From IMG/VR virus record IMGVR_UViG_3300045988_181613: a stretch of 64,000 nt of DNA, one strand, 5' to 3'. The stretch is from a virus. Shown here in pieces: positions 51,837 to 61,114 of this stretch. The position numbers and the translations under genes are program-made. The notes under the pieces are model-generated. The model was not told the origin of the DNA. It worked only from the letters and a program-made list of their open reading frames with translations, and did no database searches. Positions within the stretch are counted from its first letter, which is position 1, and the number at the start of each line of letters is the position of its first letter.

Positions 51837-52746
51837 TTTTCTTAAATTTTTGCCATCTAAACCCTTTATAACTCTTATTTGATTTCCCTGCAACAGTATT
51901 TATCGAATTTATGATAAAACCTGTTTTGTTTTTTAAATCTAAAGGAGAGTCATAGATATGAAGAATTTCCCCTTTTTTCGATAATTGCACAATATAAGAT
52001 AATGAATTCTTTTCAGAAAATCGTTTACATAATTCAGGTGTCATTAATTTATTATTCTTCATTCTTTCAGAATTAATTTTTCTTTTTTCTTCAGTCCACC
52101 TTTCACTTGTTTTTACACCTACAGAAATCTTTTCCTTAATAGAATTCATATATTCAGAACCTAAGACTCCATATATATTACCACCGTCACCTCCTGGTGC
52201 TATATTATAAACCAAATCACCAAATTTAGATCTATATTCTTCTATATAAAATTTTTCTCGATTGTTTAAATTAGAAGGATTTTCAACATATTCAATAATT
52301 TCCCATAAAAAAGATTCCCATCCATTTTTCTCTATTGATTCATAAAAAGGAGTTCTTATTTCTTTGTTCTGAAAATCCTTTTTATGAAAATTAATTCTTT
52401 TCTCCAGACCTTGAGTTGTTTTACCTATATAGATCTCCCCGGTTTTTAAATTCGTTGCTTTATAAATTAAAGGTCCTATATAAATAACATTGTCTTCTTC
52501 AGTTAATTTATCTGCTTCTACCCAACCACGATTCTTTGTGTAAAATTGATGATCTTTAGTACATTGAATTTTTATACCCGCCTCAAATTCTAATTCAACT
52601 ATCTCTTCATTACAATCATATTCAAATCGATTAATTACCTGATTCTTCTCATTCCAATAAGTAGAAAGATTATCTCCAATTTGAACGTCTTCAATGTTTT
52701 TTTTGGTTCCGTCTTTTAAAAGGACTTTTTGTCCTGGAAGAAAACA
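51787..52746 (-). mobile_element. DnaE intein N-terminal splicing domain fused in frame to a GIY-YIG homing endonuclease
   Basis: Cys1 at 52746..52744 after LLGAGRG. CFLPGQKVLLKDGTKKNIEDVQIG, block B CTKDHQF. Then IYKATNLKTGEIYIGKTT...R..H...E...N (GIY-YIG), NUMOD3-like repeats, tail YKGFRWQKF. Stop at 51787. Confidence 0.8.
52673..52710. repeat. 38-nt stretch identical to 31878..31915
   Basis: See partner copy. Confidence 0.9.
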
Positions 52747-54096
52747 ACCTCTACCCGCACCTAATAAAATATTGTTTTTCTTACACCAATTTACAATATC
52801 TCTTAGGATCAAGAAGTAATCAATAACATCCCCTTCTGTAATTACTTTGATTTCCCTATCAATTCTTTCTCCCACGACATCAATTCCATAATCTTCAATA
52901 AGATCAAGATGATCTTCCATTCCCTTAAAAACAAGTTCAGTGAACATAGTTTTATTATCAGGATAAAGTTTCGATTCCTCTTCTGTCATGTAATATTTAG
53001 GTAGATGTCTTTGGCCGGTTTCAATTGTATAATCACATTTTGAACATACATCTTTTAAATTATTCACAGCAGCTTCAAACACATCGAAAAACGAATCAAA
53101 ATCACCAAATAATTCACCTAATTCGAAATAATATTCTTGATTGTTTTTAAAATATTGGTTTTGGCTTTCATAACTCATAGTTCCAGCTATTTTATTTAGC
53201 CTAACTCGGTTATATGCATATTCTCTCTCCAAATAATATGCATCACACATAGCAATCGGAGAAAAATTAGAATCAAAAAACTTTTTTAAATTCTGTAAGT
53301 ACCATTTATCACGATCTTCCTTTTCATAGACAACCGTATCTAACTGGTAATAAAATTGTTGGCTAAACATTTTCCAAAGTTTGGAAACATCCTCAAATTC
53401 AATTGTTTTAGGATCTAAAATAATTATTAAACCCTCTCTTAATTGTTCGATTTCCTTTTCAGTAACATAGCCATTCTCGACATTAATTATGCGATTAATC
53501 TCTAAAATATTCAGCCAACCCTGTTCATTTTTAACAAAAGCTTTTACAGTATATTGCAAATCTTTCTCTTCAACCTTTATTGGAATTTCCATTCCAAAAA
53601 TAGGTCTGATATTTGCTTTTTTACAAGCTTCCTGAAATTTTAAAATTCCTGCAAGAGTTCCTTTTTCACATATACCAAGACTTTTGATGCCTAAAAAATT
53701 AGCTTTCTGGCACCATTCCTTATACAATCCACTTCCGTTTAAAAGTTCGAAAGGACCGTGGACTCCTAAGAAACAATCTACTTTTAAACATGGTTCTGAA
53801 AACTCAGCATTACCAAGCCAAAGTACTCTTTCTAATTTTACAGAACTTTCTTCTCCCGCTTTTAAGCGATACCAAATACCACCAAACCGGAAAATATAAT
53901 AATCATATTCCGTTCTATCACTATCCCAACAAAAACTTTCATCAAAAAACGAACCTTCATTATTAGGAAGTGACAATTGATGCTTCTCCCCATTGATAAT
54001 CACAACTGGACGTTCATCATTTAAAATTTGTAGAATGGAATATGAAATGAAATGTTCTTCTAAATATCTTTTTAAATCTTCAAACAGTTCTTCCAT
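52747..54096 (-). CDS. dnaE: DNA polymerase III alpha subunit, N-terminal coding segment (PHP domain to GAGRG)
   Basis: PHP-like FLGVHGPFELLNGSG...IRPIFGMEI; ends ...NNILLGAGRG immediately before intein Cys1. Confidence 0.85.
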
Positions 54097-54195
54097 ATTG
54101 ATAAAATTAAAAAAGACTCTGGATATTCTCCTGAATCCACTAAATATGGATTATAGAGTTCCCAGAGTCTTTTAGCATTAACCTAAAAATTTTTT

Positions 54196-54882
54196 TTATT
54201 CTGCAGCTTCTTGAGAATCAGTAGTCTCAGCGCTCTGGGCCTCAGTTTTAGCTTCAGCAACAGCTTCGGTGGCTACTGGCTCAAAATAGGTTTCGGCGAT
54301 TCGCCGTACCATATTGTAATGTGAGCCTAAATCACGGGCAATCGTTCCATAAGATCGGCCGTCATTCTTCAACAGCTCTGCATAGATTTTTTTACTGGTT
54401 TCTGCTTTCAATACCGGTTCGATACCTTCTTTCGGACGAATATTCGTCATTGCTGCTGCGGGACGTTTAGCTGCTTTGAGAGCTGCTTTAGCAGCCTTCT
54501 TCTCTGCCTTCTCAGCTTCTTTCTTTGCTTTTGCTTCAGCTTTCTTTGCCTCTTTTTCTTTGGCGGCAGCTTCTTTCTTTGCTTCACGTTCTGCAGCTTT
54601 GGCAGCAGCCTTCTCTTCTTTGGTCAACTTCGGTTTCTGATTGGGATCAATTTCAGCAGCCTGTTCTGCTGAAATTTCTTCAGCACCGTCTTCGGCAACT
54701 TTTTCTTTCAGTTCCTGTTTGTCTTCCTCAGTAACAATGGTTTCCGGATCCTGTACTATGTCCTGACCTTGTTTTTTTGCGGCGATCACTTTTGCCAACT
54801 CTTCTTTCGTGTACTTAGCGTAATTTTCAATTCCTAACGCCTGCGCTTCTTTACGAAGTTCCAATAAATTCAAAACTTTCAT
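54196..54882 (-). CDS. HeH/Rho-N domain protein with Lys/Ala/Glu-rich repeat region (histone H1-like)
   Basis: Start moved to Met24 (MKVLNLLELRKEAQALGIENYAKYTKEEL) because box 54922..54929 lies in the longer ORF; KAAEREAKKEAAAKEKEAKKAEAKAKKEAEKAEKKAAKAALKAAKR. Confidence 0.6.
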   Translation of the reverse strand: MKVLNLLELRKEAQALGIENYAKYTKEELAKVIAAKKQGQDIVQDPETIVTEEDKQELKEKVAEDGAEEISAEQAAEIDPNQKPKLTKEEKAAAKAAEREAKKEAAAKEKEAKKAEAKAKKEAEKAEKKAAKAALKAAKRPAAAMTNIRPKEGIEPVLKAETSKKIYAELLKNDGRSYGTIARDLGSHYNMVRRIAETYFEPVATEAVAEAKTEAQSAETTDSQEAAE

Positions 54883-54921
54883 CTTTTTATAAATTAAAAT
54901 TGTTTGTTTCTTATAACACTC

Positions 54922-54929
54922 TAAAGATA
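54922..54929 (-). promoter_or_regulatory. TATCTTTA promoter box
   Basis: 40 nt upstream of ATG 54882. Confidence 0.55.
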
Positions 54930-54986
54930 CGAACTCTATTTGATATAACAAAATGTTAGCTCGCTTTTTCGAAAAAATTTTCTTTT

Positions 54987-55661
54987 TTAGACTCCCTCTT
55001 TAATCTCTTTTAGGAGCTGTGCATAATTAGGAGGTAAGTTATTTGATTTTCTTAAATTATCTTCTACTTTTAAAGGTTGAAAATTTCTCCAATTCCAACA
55101 AATATAAAGATTTTCTTCAATAGAGAGATCAAAATAAGAACAAGGAATGATATGATCAAGATGCCAATAAGTGCCTTTATTCGCCCAAGTCATATTTTCA
55201 TCAAATTGAGATTCAATATATTCTTTAAAATCATTCCAAGAACAACCAAGATATTCCCAAGAGCAATGTTTACGGCCATAAGAACATTTTTGATTTATAT
55301 AAGTTCTAAAATCTGTTACCAGCTTAAACAAAGGATCTTCTTTTCTTCGACGCCTTCTTCTTTCTGCAGATTTACCTGAAACAACTTCTCGCTTATGACT
55401 CTCTTGATGTTTTTCAGATCCATAATATTTCTGATGGGCTTCTTTCCCTTTTTTAGAATGATTATATTCTCTTTGACATTCTTTGCAACGGTAAAAAAGA
55501 ATTCCGTTTTTTAAAACAGAAAATTCTTCAATAGATTTCCATTTCTTACAAACCCTACATTCTTTTTTACCATCGACAATAGATCTCTTATCCCCTTTTT
55601 GCATGCTCGGTAATTTCCTTTTCGCATACCTCTTTGAAAAACTCTTTATTATCTCCCTCAA
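54987..55661 (-). mobile_element. Zn-ribbon + HNH homing-endonuclease-like gene (family member 3)
   Basis: CRVCKKWKSIEEF...YRCKECQ; YLGC...QFDENMTW...WHLDHIIPC...NFQPLKVEDNLRK. 5' end overlaps queC; start may be Met 55604. Confidence 0.75.
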
Positions 55662-56379
55662 TCAACGACTCTAATCCATTGCAATAAAGAGCTAAATTTC
55701 GCTCACAGCAGGTACCGCAACGATTACAAGGATTTCCATCTTTATCAGGTCCTTTATAACAAGACCATGTATTATTAATAATATCAGCCTGCTCTCTTTT
55801 TGAGAAATTCAAAAAATCCATGGCATAGATTCCTTCTTTCAAAACATCTATTTTATCAAGATTCACAAAAGGTGCTTGATAAGAAATCTTATCACTATCC
55901 CAATTAGAGATCTTGAATGCATTTTCGCAAGCAAAACGACTTTCTTCAGTGCAGTCCGGGTAACATGTTGAATCCCCTTTATGAATCCCTAAAAAGATTT
56001 CAACATTGGTATCATATTTCTTTGCCAAGGAAAGAGCTTTTCCATAAATAATAGAAGCAAAAATAACATTTCTATTTTCTATTACGGTGGATTTCATATT
56101 TTCATCAGCATAATGACCTTCTGGTATTTTTTCACCATTCTGATGCAGAGAGGATTGACTGTCGCTAAAACAATCTCTTAGATCGATACACTGTAACTCA
56201 ACTGGATAACCCTTTCCAGAAAGAAAAGAAATATTCTGTTTGAGTTTGTGCTGTTCCACAATATGTTTCTGCCCATAATTAAAAGAATAACATTTTACTG
56301 TATATCCTTCCATTAAAAGCGAAAGTAAGAGGCAGGTACTGTCCAAACCCCCTGAAATACTTAAAACTGCTAATTTCAT
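55588..56379 (-). CDS. queC: 7-cyano-7-deazaguanine (preQ0) synthase
   Basis: Start moved to MKLAVLSISGGLDS (box 56402..56409 is 23 nt upstream); PP-loop SGGLDS; C-terminal Zn cluster CNRCGTCCER. Confidence 0.85.
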   Translation of the reverse strand: MKLAVLSISGGLDSTCLLLSLLMEGYTVKCYSFNYGQKHIVEQHKLKQNISFLSGKGYPVELQCIDLRDCFSDSQSSLHQNGEKIPEGHYADENMKSTVIENRNVIFASIIYGKALSLAKKYDTNVEIFLGIHKGDSTCYPDCTEESRFACENAFKISNWDSDKISYQAPFVNLDKIDVLKEGIYAMDFLNFSKREQADIINNTWSCYKGPDKDGNPCNRCGTCCERNLALYCNGLESLIEGDNKEFFKEVCEKEITEHAKRG

Positions 56380-56401
56380 TTTCGTTCTTATTTTAATACT
56401 A

Positions 56402-56409
56402 TAAAGATA
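56402..56409 (-). promoter_or_regulatory. TATCTTTA promoter box
   Basis: 23 nt upstream of queC ATG 56379. Confidence 0.55.
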
Positions 56410-56419
56410 CAAAACTAAA

Positions 56420-56983
56420 TCATTTAACAGGCTTAAAAAGGATCGCTTTAATAGCCTTCACTCTTTCTTCTACAGATCCATGCATAATTAAATGTGAAAT
56501 CAAATTACTATGCAAAATCTGATGAATTTTTCCGTCAATTTCTTTTTGATATTCTTTATCGATAGAGCGGACGCCATCGGCAACAATTTCAAATTCAATA
56601 GGGAAATAACAAACTAATCCTAATTCAGACTTTCTTTGAATAATTTCCTTCTCTTGTTTCTGCTCCAATTCTATCCATTTATCAATATTACTCATTGCAG
56701 CATTTCGACCGGATGCTGTATAAGCGCATACATCAATAATACAACGATCAGAAACATAAGAATTTTGCTTACTCAAAACATTTTCATAAGCTTCGAATAA
56801 AACTTCCTGAGTTTCTGGAGTACCTTGTTTATTAATTGTTATCCCCTTTTCTTTGACAAAGTTACGAACAACTTCTGTCACAAATTCAAATTCAGCAAAT
56901 TCAGGATCTTGTTGAAGTGCTTTTAAAACACTTGTTTTCCCGGTTCCCTGAGCTCCTGTAAAATTAATTCTTTTGATATCCAT
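56420..56983 (-). CDS. P-loop NTPase, AAA_28/NadR-kinase-like
   Basis: FTGAQGTGKTSVLKAL Walker A; overall layout like NadR-type nucleoside/nucleotide kinases; embedded between queC and dpdA-like. Confidence 0.55.
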   Translation of the reverse strand: MDIKRINFTGAQGTGKTSVLKALQQDPEFAEFEFVTEVVRNFVKEKGITINKQGTPETQEVLFEAYENVLSKQNSYVSDRCIIDVCAYTASGRNAAMSNIDKWIELEQKQEKEIIQRKSELGLVCYFPIEFEIVADGVRSIDKEYQKEIDGKIHQILHSNLISHLIMHGSVEERVKAIKAILFKPVK

Positions 56984-57821
56984 GAAATTCTTTGATATTT
57001 TTTATTACACAATTGTATTGTTCCGGATCAAGTGACATTCGAAAATATTCATCGATACTAATCTTTTCTTTTTCACCTGCATCTAAATGAGCTTTCATAA
57101 TCCCTTTAGTTACAGGGAAAGAAGTGTCCATTGAAGTAATCCATTCAAATTCATCTCTCATTGGATTTCTATATGTTAGCCATTGTAATTCTGCTGCCCA
57201 ATGACAACCAAGAAGATGATATTTTTTTGAATCATCAATCAATTTCTCTTTTATCAAATACTGTAAAAGAAAACAACGACCCTGTGCATAAGCCATATCA
57301 GCATTCCACTTAAATGCGAGATGCTCGTGCTTCGACAATACTTCATATATTGCAGTTCCTAAATCCCAGAAGAAGTCATTGTGAAAAGGAATTCCAATAT
57401 ATTCAAAACCTCCTTTATTTAGCATTTCTTTATAACAAGATAGCCAATCTTTAAGAGATTTTCCCTGAGGAACTACCATTCTTTTATGTCCATTTAATCG
57501 ACCGCCCCAATAACGGAATTTCATCATTGTCTCTGGATAATCCATCAACACATCAGGAACAATAAAATAAGTAGGATTAAATTCCTCTACAATTTCGGTA
57601 AATGTCTGAGGATCAAATTTACCACCATCTCGATAAAATTCATAAGCTGAATTATCTAAAATAGTCATTCTCTTCCCTTCTTTCATTACCTGGGAAAAGA
57701 ACCTCCTATAGTCCTTATCTTTGACGAATAAATGATATAATATAAAATCATAATCATTTAGTTCCTCGCTTTTAGATAAAAGTTCCATAGGAAGTTCACA
57801 ATTTAAAAGAATTTTTTTCAT
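56964..57821 (-). CDS. dpdA: DpdA-like DNA (guanine) transglycosylase, TGT-fold (putative)
   Basis: Ordered barrel motifs ILDNSAYEF / FIVPDV / YIGIPF / YHLLGCHW / ITSMDTSFPV parallel the TGT DSGGFQ...LMGVG...GVDMFD; context with queCDE/folE. Confidence 0.6.
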   Translation of the reverse strand: MKKILLNCELPMELLSKSEELNDYDFILYHLFVKDKDYRRFFSQVMKEGKRMTILDNSAYEFYRDGGKFDPQTFTEIVEEFNPTYFIVPDVLMDYPETMMKFRYWGGRLNGHKRMVVPQGKSLKDWLSCYKEMLNKGGFEYIGIPFHNDFFWDLGTAIYEVLSKHEHLAFKWNADMAYAQGRCFLLQYLIKEKLIDDSKKYHLLGCHWAAELQWLTYRNPMRDEFEWITSMDTSFPVTKGIMKAHLDAGEKEKISIDEYFRMSLDPEQYNCVIKNIKEFHGYQKN

Positions 57822-58465
57822 CGTATTACTTTTATTTCACTTTTTAAAAATTCAACTAATTCTTCTACATTTCCCGGAACTTTATCAGATTTCTTTCGAT
57901 TATCTTTCCACCATAAGGGTTGAAGATTCCTGTAATTGAAACAAAGTTTTTGTTGTTCTGGATCAGAAAGATCAAAATATGAAATTGGGATAATATGATC
58001 TATATGCCAACCTCGATATCCATGATTTTCCCAGGTCATACCTGGTTCAAACTGAGATTCAATGTAATTACGAAAATCTTTCATAGAACAACCGAGAAGA
58101 TCAAGAGTTTTATAAGCTTTTTTAGAACCAATTCTTTGTAAAATCCTTCTTAATCTAACTCTCAATTTCGATAAAATATAACTTCGAGAATTTTTTGTCT
58201 GGCAAAATCTTTTCTTTTGGTTATATTTTCGAACAACTTCTTTTCTTTTTTCAGGATTTTCTAATCTCCAAATTAACGATTTACTACTTGTATAACTTCG
58301 TCCCTTTTCACTTCTTCTCCATCTAAAATCTGACTTTTTCTTACATTCTTTACACTGACAATAAAGACCATCGGGAGATGAGAGTGCTTTAGGAAACATA
58401 GAAAGAGGTAGCTCTCTTTTGCAGTGAGAGCATACCTTCAATCCAGTTTCAAAATTTGCTTTCAT
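57818..58465 (-). mobile_element. Zn-ribbon + HNH homing-endonuclease-like gene (family member 4)
   Basis: MKANFETGLKVCSHCKRELPLS...YCQCKECK; LLGC...QFEPGMTW...WHIDHIIPI...NLQPLWWKDNRKK; 4-nt overlaps with both neighbours. Confidence 0.8.
58405..58459. repeat. 55-nt stretch identical to 63946..64000 (5' ends of two HNH family genes)
   Basis: AGAGGTAGCTCTCTTTTGCAGTGAGAGCATACCTTCAATCCAGTTTCAAAATTTG in both; second copy cut by the window end. Confidence 0.9.
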
Positions 58466-58992
58466 CGAATATCAGAGTCTCCAGAACCATGTAAACAATT
58501 ATTTGCTTTTCTTTTAGCAAGTTTTTTAATATTATCTTCGGCGATTGCTTCTAAAGATACATTAAAATACTTTCCAGCCATACTTTGAAGATTCTGAAGA
58601 ATTATTGTCAAAGCTTCATGAATTTTTTGCTTGCGATCTTCAGAAAGTTCTTTCATAGGTTCTTCTTCGTTCCAATCATCACGCAAATATTTTTTCATTT
58701 GCTCTGCAATTACTCCAACATTTGCCTGAATAAGAAATCCCGCATTTTTATCCATTCCTTTTGCCGATGGCCATTCAATTGGATCCAAATTCAATTCTAC
58801 ACGAATAGCTGCTGAATACCAGAGGATATCTCCAATTTCTTTCAAAACAAGATCTCTCGCCTCTACTTTCAAAAGTTTTTCAAAAAATTCCCCTGTCTCT
58901 CCGCACAAGCCTAATACAACATAAGGAAGAGCTACTTTGGGAGAATAGACTCTTGTTGTAATCGCTTTTTCTTCGTACTCTTTAAAATTCAT
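58462..58992 (-). CDS. mazG: MazG-like nucleoside triphosphate pyrophosphohydrolase
   Basis: GLCGETGEFFEKL...KEIGDILWYSAAI: the ExxE...E..D MazG helix pair. Confidence 0.75.
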   Translation of the reverse strand: MNFKEYEEKAITTRVYSPKVALPYVVLGLCGETGEFFEKLLKVEARDLVLKEIGDILWYSAAIRVELNLDPIEWPSAKGMDKNAGFLIQANVGVIAEQMKKYLRDDWNEEEPMKELSEDRKQKIHEALTIILQNLQSMAGKYFNVSLEAIAEDNIKKLAKRKANNCLHGSGDSDIR

Positions 58993-59010
58993 TTTTGATA
59001 TTGTTTAAAA

Positions 59011-59592
59011 TTAAAAAATAAAACCTCTCTTTTCCAGATCTCTAAAAGAAGTAAAAAGTTCATCTGGATATAATTCATAAAAATGTTTTCTACGTTCTGC
59101 ATTAATTATTTGTTGTTGCTTTCGTAGAAGGGAAATTTCACGAAGCATTGCTTTATGTTCTTCTTTTATTCGCAATCTCCTTCTCTTTTCCCATCTTTTA
59201 TTTTTACTCTTTACCCATTTAATATGTTCTTTTCTTTTCCTTCTATTTTCTATAAAAATCTTTCGATCTTCTTCTTTTCGAGCTTCTCTTTCTGCTTTAC
59301 GTTGTTTTTCAAATTCTTTTCTTTTTGCTCTTTCTGCTTTATACTGAGCTTCTTCCTCTCTTTTTCTTTTAAAATAAAGACCTACTTGTTTTGTATTACA
59401 AGTTTTGCAGAAAGCAAAATATCCATCTTTTGATCCTCTTTTCGTTTTATAAAATTCTGAGATGGGCTTAAATTCTCCACAACGAGTACATCTTTTAAGC
59501 CCAGTCTCAGGATTATAATGATAAGCCTCAGGATTATCAGGATCATAAAATGGATTAAGATATTTTACTCTTGGATTTCCCGGACTTGCCAT
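59011..59592 (-). pseudogene. Zn-ribbon + basic-linker remnant of the HNH family (family member 5; nuclease domain absent)
   Basis: CTRCGEFKPISEFYKTKRGSKDGYFAFCKTCN matches the family N-module, followed by a long R/K/E-rich helix. No DHIIP/NLQPLW block. The ORF itself is intact. Confidence 0.5.
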
Positions 59593-59594
59593 TT

Positions 59595-60269
59595 TTATTT
59601 TTCTGCAGATTGAATTATTCTCAAAAATTCATCGCGACTATTCAAATCATTGTCCATAAAACAACCAGAGCAATAATTTGTTACCATAGTACTGTCATCT
59701 TCAGCTCCTCTCATAGAAACACACATATGTTTTGCTTTAATATAAACCGCGATTCCTTGTGTATCTCCGAGAACATCACAAAGATGATCATGAATTTGTT
59801 TTGTTAACTGTTCTTGTAATTGAGGTCGTTTTGCATACCAATGAACAATTCTATTTAATTTAGAAAGTCCAACTACTTTTCCTCCTTTTACAGGAACATA
59901 ACCTACATGACATACTCCAATAAAAGGAAGGAAATGATGTGAACATAAAGATTTTACTTCAATATTACATTGTGTAACCATTCCTGTGTAACCATAACTC
60001 GGGAAAGTAGTTATACGAGGCTCTGGTGTATATGCGCCTGCTGTAATTTCTTTTAACATCATTTTAGCAACTCGATAAGGAGTTTTTACCATATTAGGAT
60101 CGTTTTTCCAATCATATCCTAATGCTGATAAAAATTCTCCATATTTTTCAGCCACTTGTTCGATTCTTATATCGAAACCGTCATCATCAAGAATTATATT
60201 TTCTCCTGCTTTTAACATGTTTAACTTTGTTTTAAAATATAAATTTACGAAATTAATATAAGATATCAA
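59595..60269 (-). CDS. folE: GTP cyclohydrolase I
   Basis: CSHHFLPFIGVCHVGYVP...VVGLSKLNRIVHWYAKRPQLQEQLT: canonical FolE core. Start may be Met 60218. Confidence 0.9.
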   Translation of the reverse strand: MISYINFVNLYFKTKLNMLKAGENIILDDDGFDIRIEQVAEKYGEFLSALGYDWKNDPNMVKTPYRVAKMMLKEITAGAYTPEPRITTFPSYGYTGMVTQCNIEVKSLCSHHFLPFIGVCHVGYVPVKGGKVVGLSKLNRIVHWYAKRPQLQEQLTKQIHDHLCDVLGDTQGIAVYIKAKHMCVSMRGAEDDSTMVTNYCSGCFMDNDLNSRDEFLRIIQSAEK

Positions 60270-60274
60270 CTACC

Positions 60275-61114
60275 CTATCTTTCTCTTTCATTACCAAAAG
60301 CAACGATATGTAATCGATCCGAATAGTTGAATCCTAACTTTATACAAGTATCCATAAGCCAAGCCCTTTTTTCTTCCAATTGTTCTTTCGTAATACCTGC
60401 AGGCATTAAATAAATAGAACTATTGGAGATCCGACTCTCGAAATCTTTTGGCAAATCTTGTTCTTTTTCAATTTGCATCAAAATTCTTCTTTGTTCTTCT
60501 TTGGGACGGCCTGTCACATAATCTGCAATAGACATTGTAAGGATATGCTCTTTTATTTCATAAAGATCTTCCTCTCCATTTACCACATATTTTAATTGAA
60601 AATCTTGAGCTCCCAAAATCCAACTCATTAACGCTTCTAAACTGAAACGTAAAATATCATGTGCCTGCATTTTAGGAGTATACTTTATCCCCATTTTAGA
60701 ACACTTATCTTCTGTCGGAACAGAACTACTTAATTTAGGAGAAATAGAAGCGAAATCTACTTTGGAAGCGGTTTCAGGTGAAAGAATAACTGTCCCATTA
60801 GTTTCTACTAAAAGAAAATGATCTGGATAAGTATCTTTTAAATAAGAAATTAATTCGGGATATAGTCCAGGTTCACCTCCACTTAATGATAATTGACGAA
60901 TCTGTGGATATCGTTTTATCATCTCGTCTACATCTTCTAAAGTAAATTTATCCTTTTCAGGAGTAAATGAACTATATGGTGTATCACAAATTGAATTTTC
61001 AAACATACAGCAAAGATTGCAACCGGATACACGGATCATTATCATGGGGGATCCCATGAAAGCACCTTCACCTTGAATAATAGGATGAAGATCTACTATT
61101 GGAAATTTCTTCAT
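60275..61114 (-). CDS. queE: 7-carboxy-7-deazaguanine synthase (radical SAM)
   Basis: IIQGEGAFMGSPMIMIRVSGCNLCCMFENSICDTPY: QueE-type Cys cluster and SAM-binding start. Confidence 0.85.
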   Translation of the reverse strand: MKKFPIVDLHPIIQGEGAFMGSPMIMIRVSGCNLCCMFENSICDTPYSSFTPEKDKFTLEDVDEMIKRYPQIRQLSLSGGEPGLYPELISYLKDTYPDHFLLVETNGTVILSPETASKVDFASISPKLSSSVPTEDKCSKMGIKYTPKMQAHDILRFSLEALMSWILGAQDFQLKYVVNGEEDLYEIKEHILTMSIADYVTGRPKEEQRRILMQIEKEQDLPKDFESRISNSSIYLMPAGITKEQLEEKRAWLMDTCIKLGFNYSDRLHIVAFGNERER

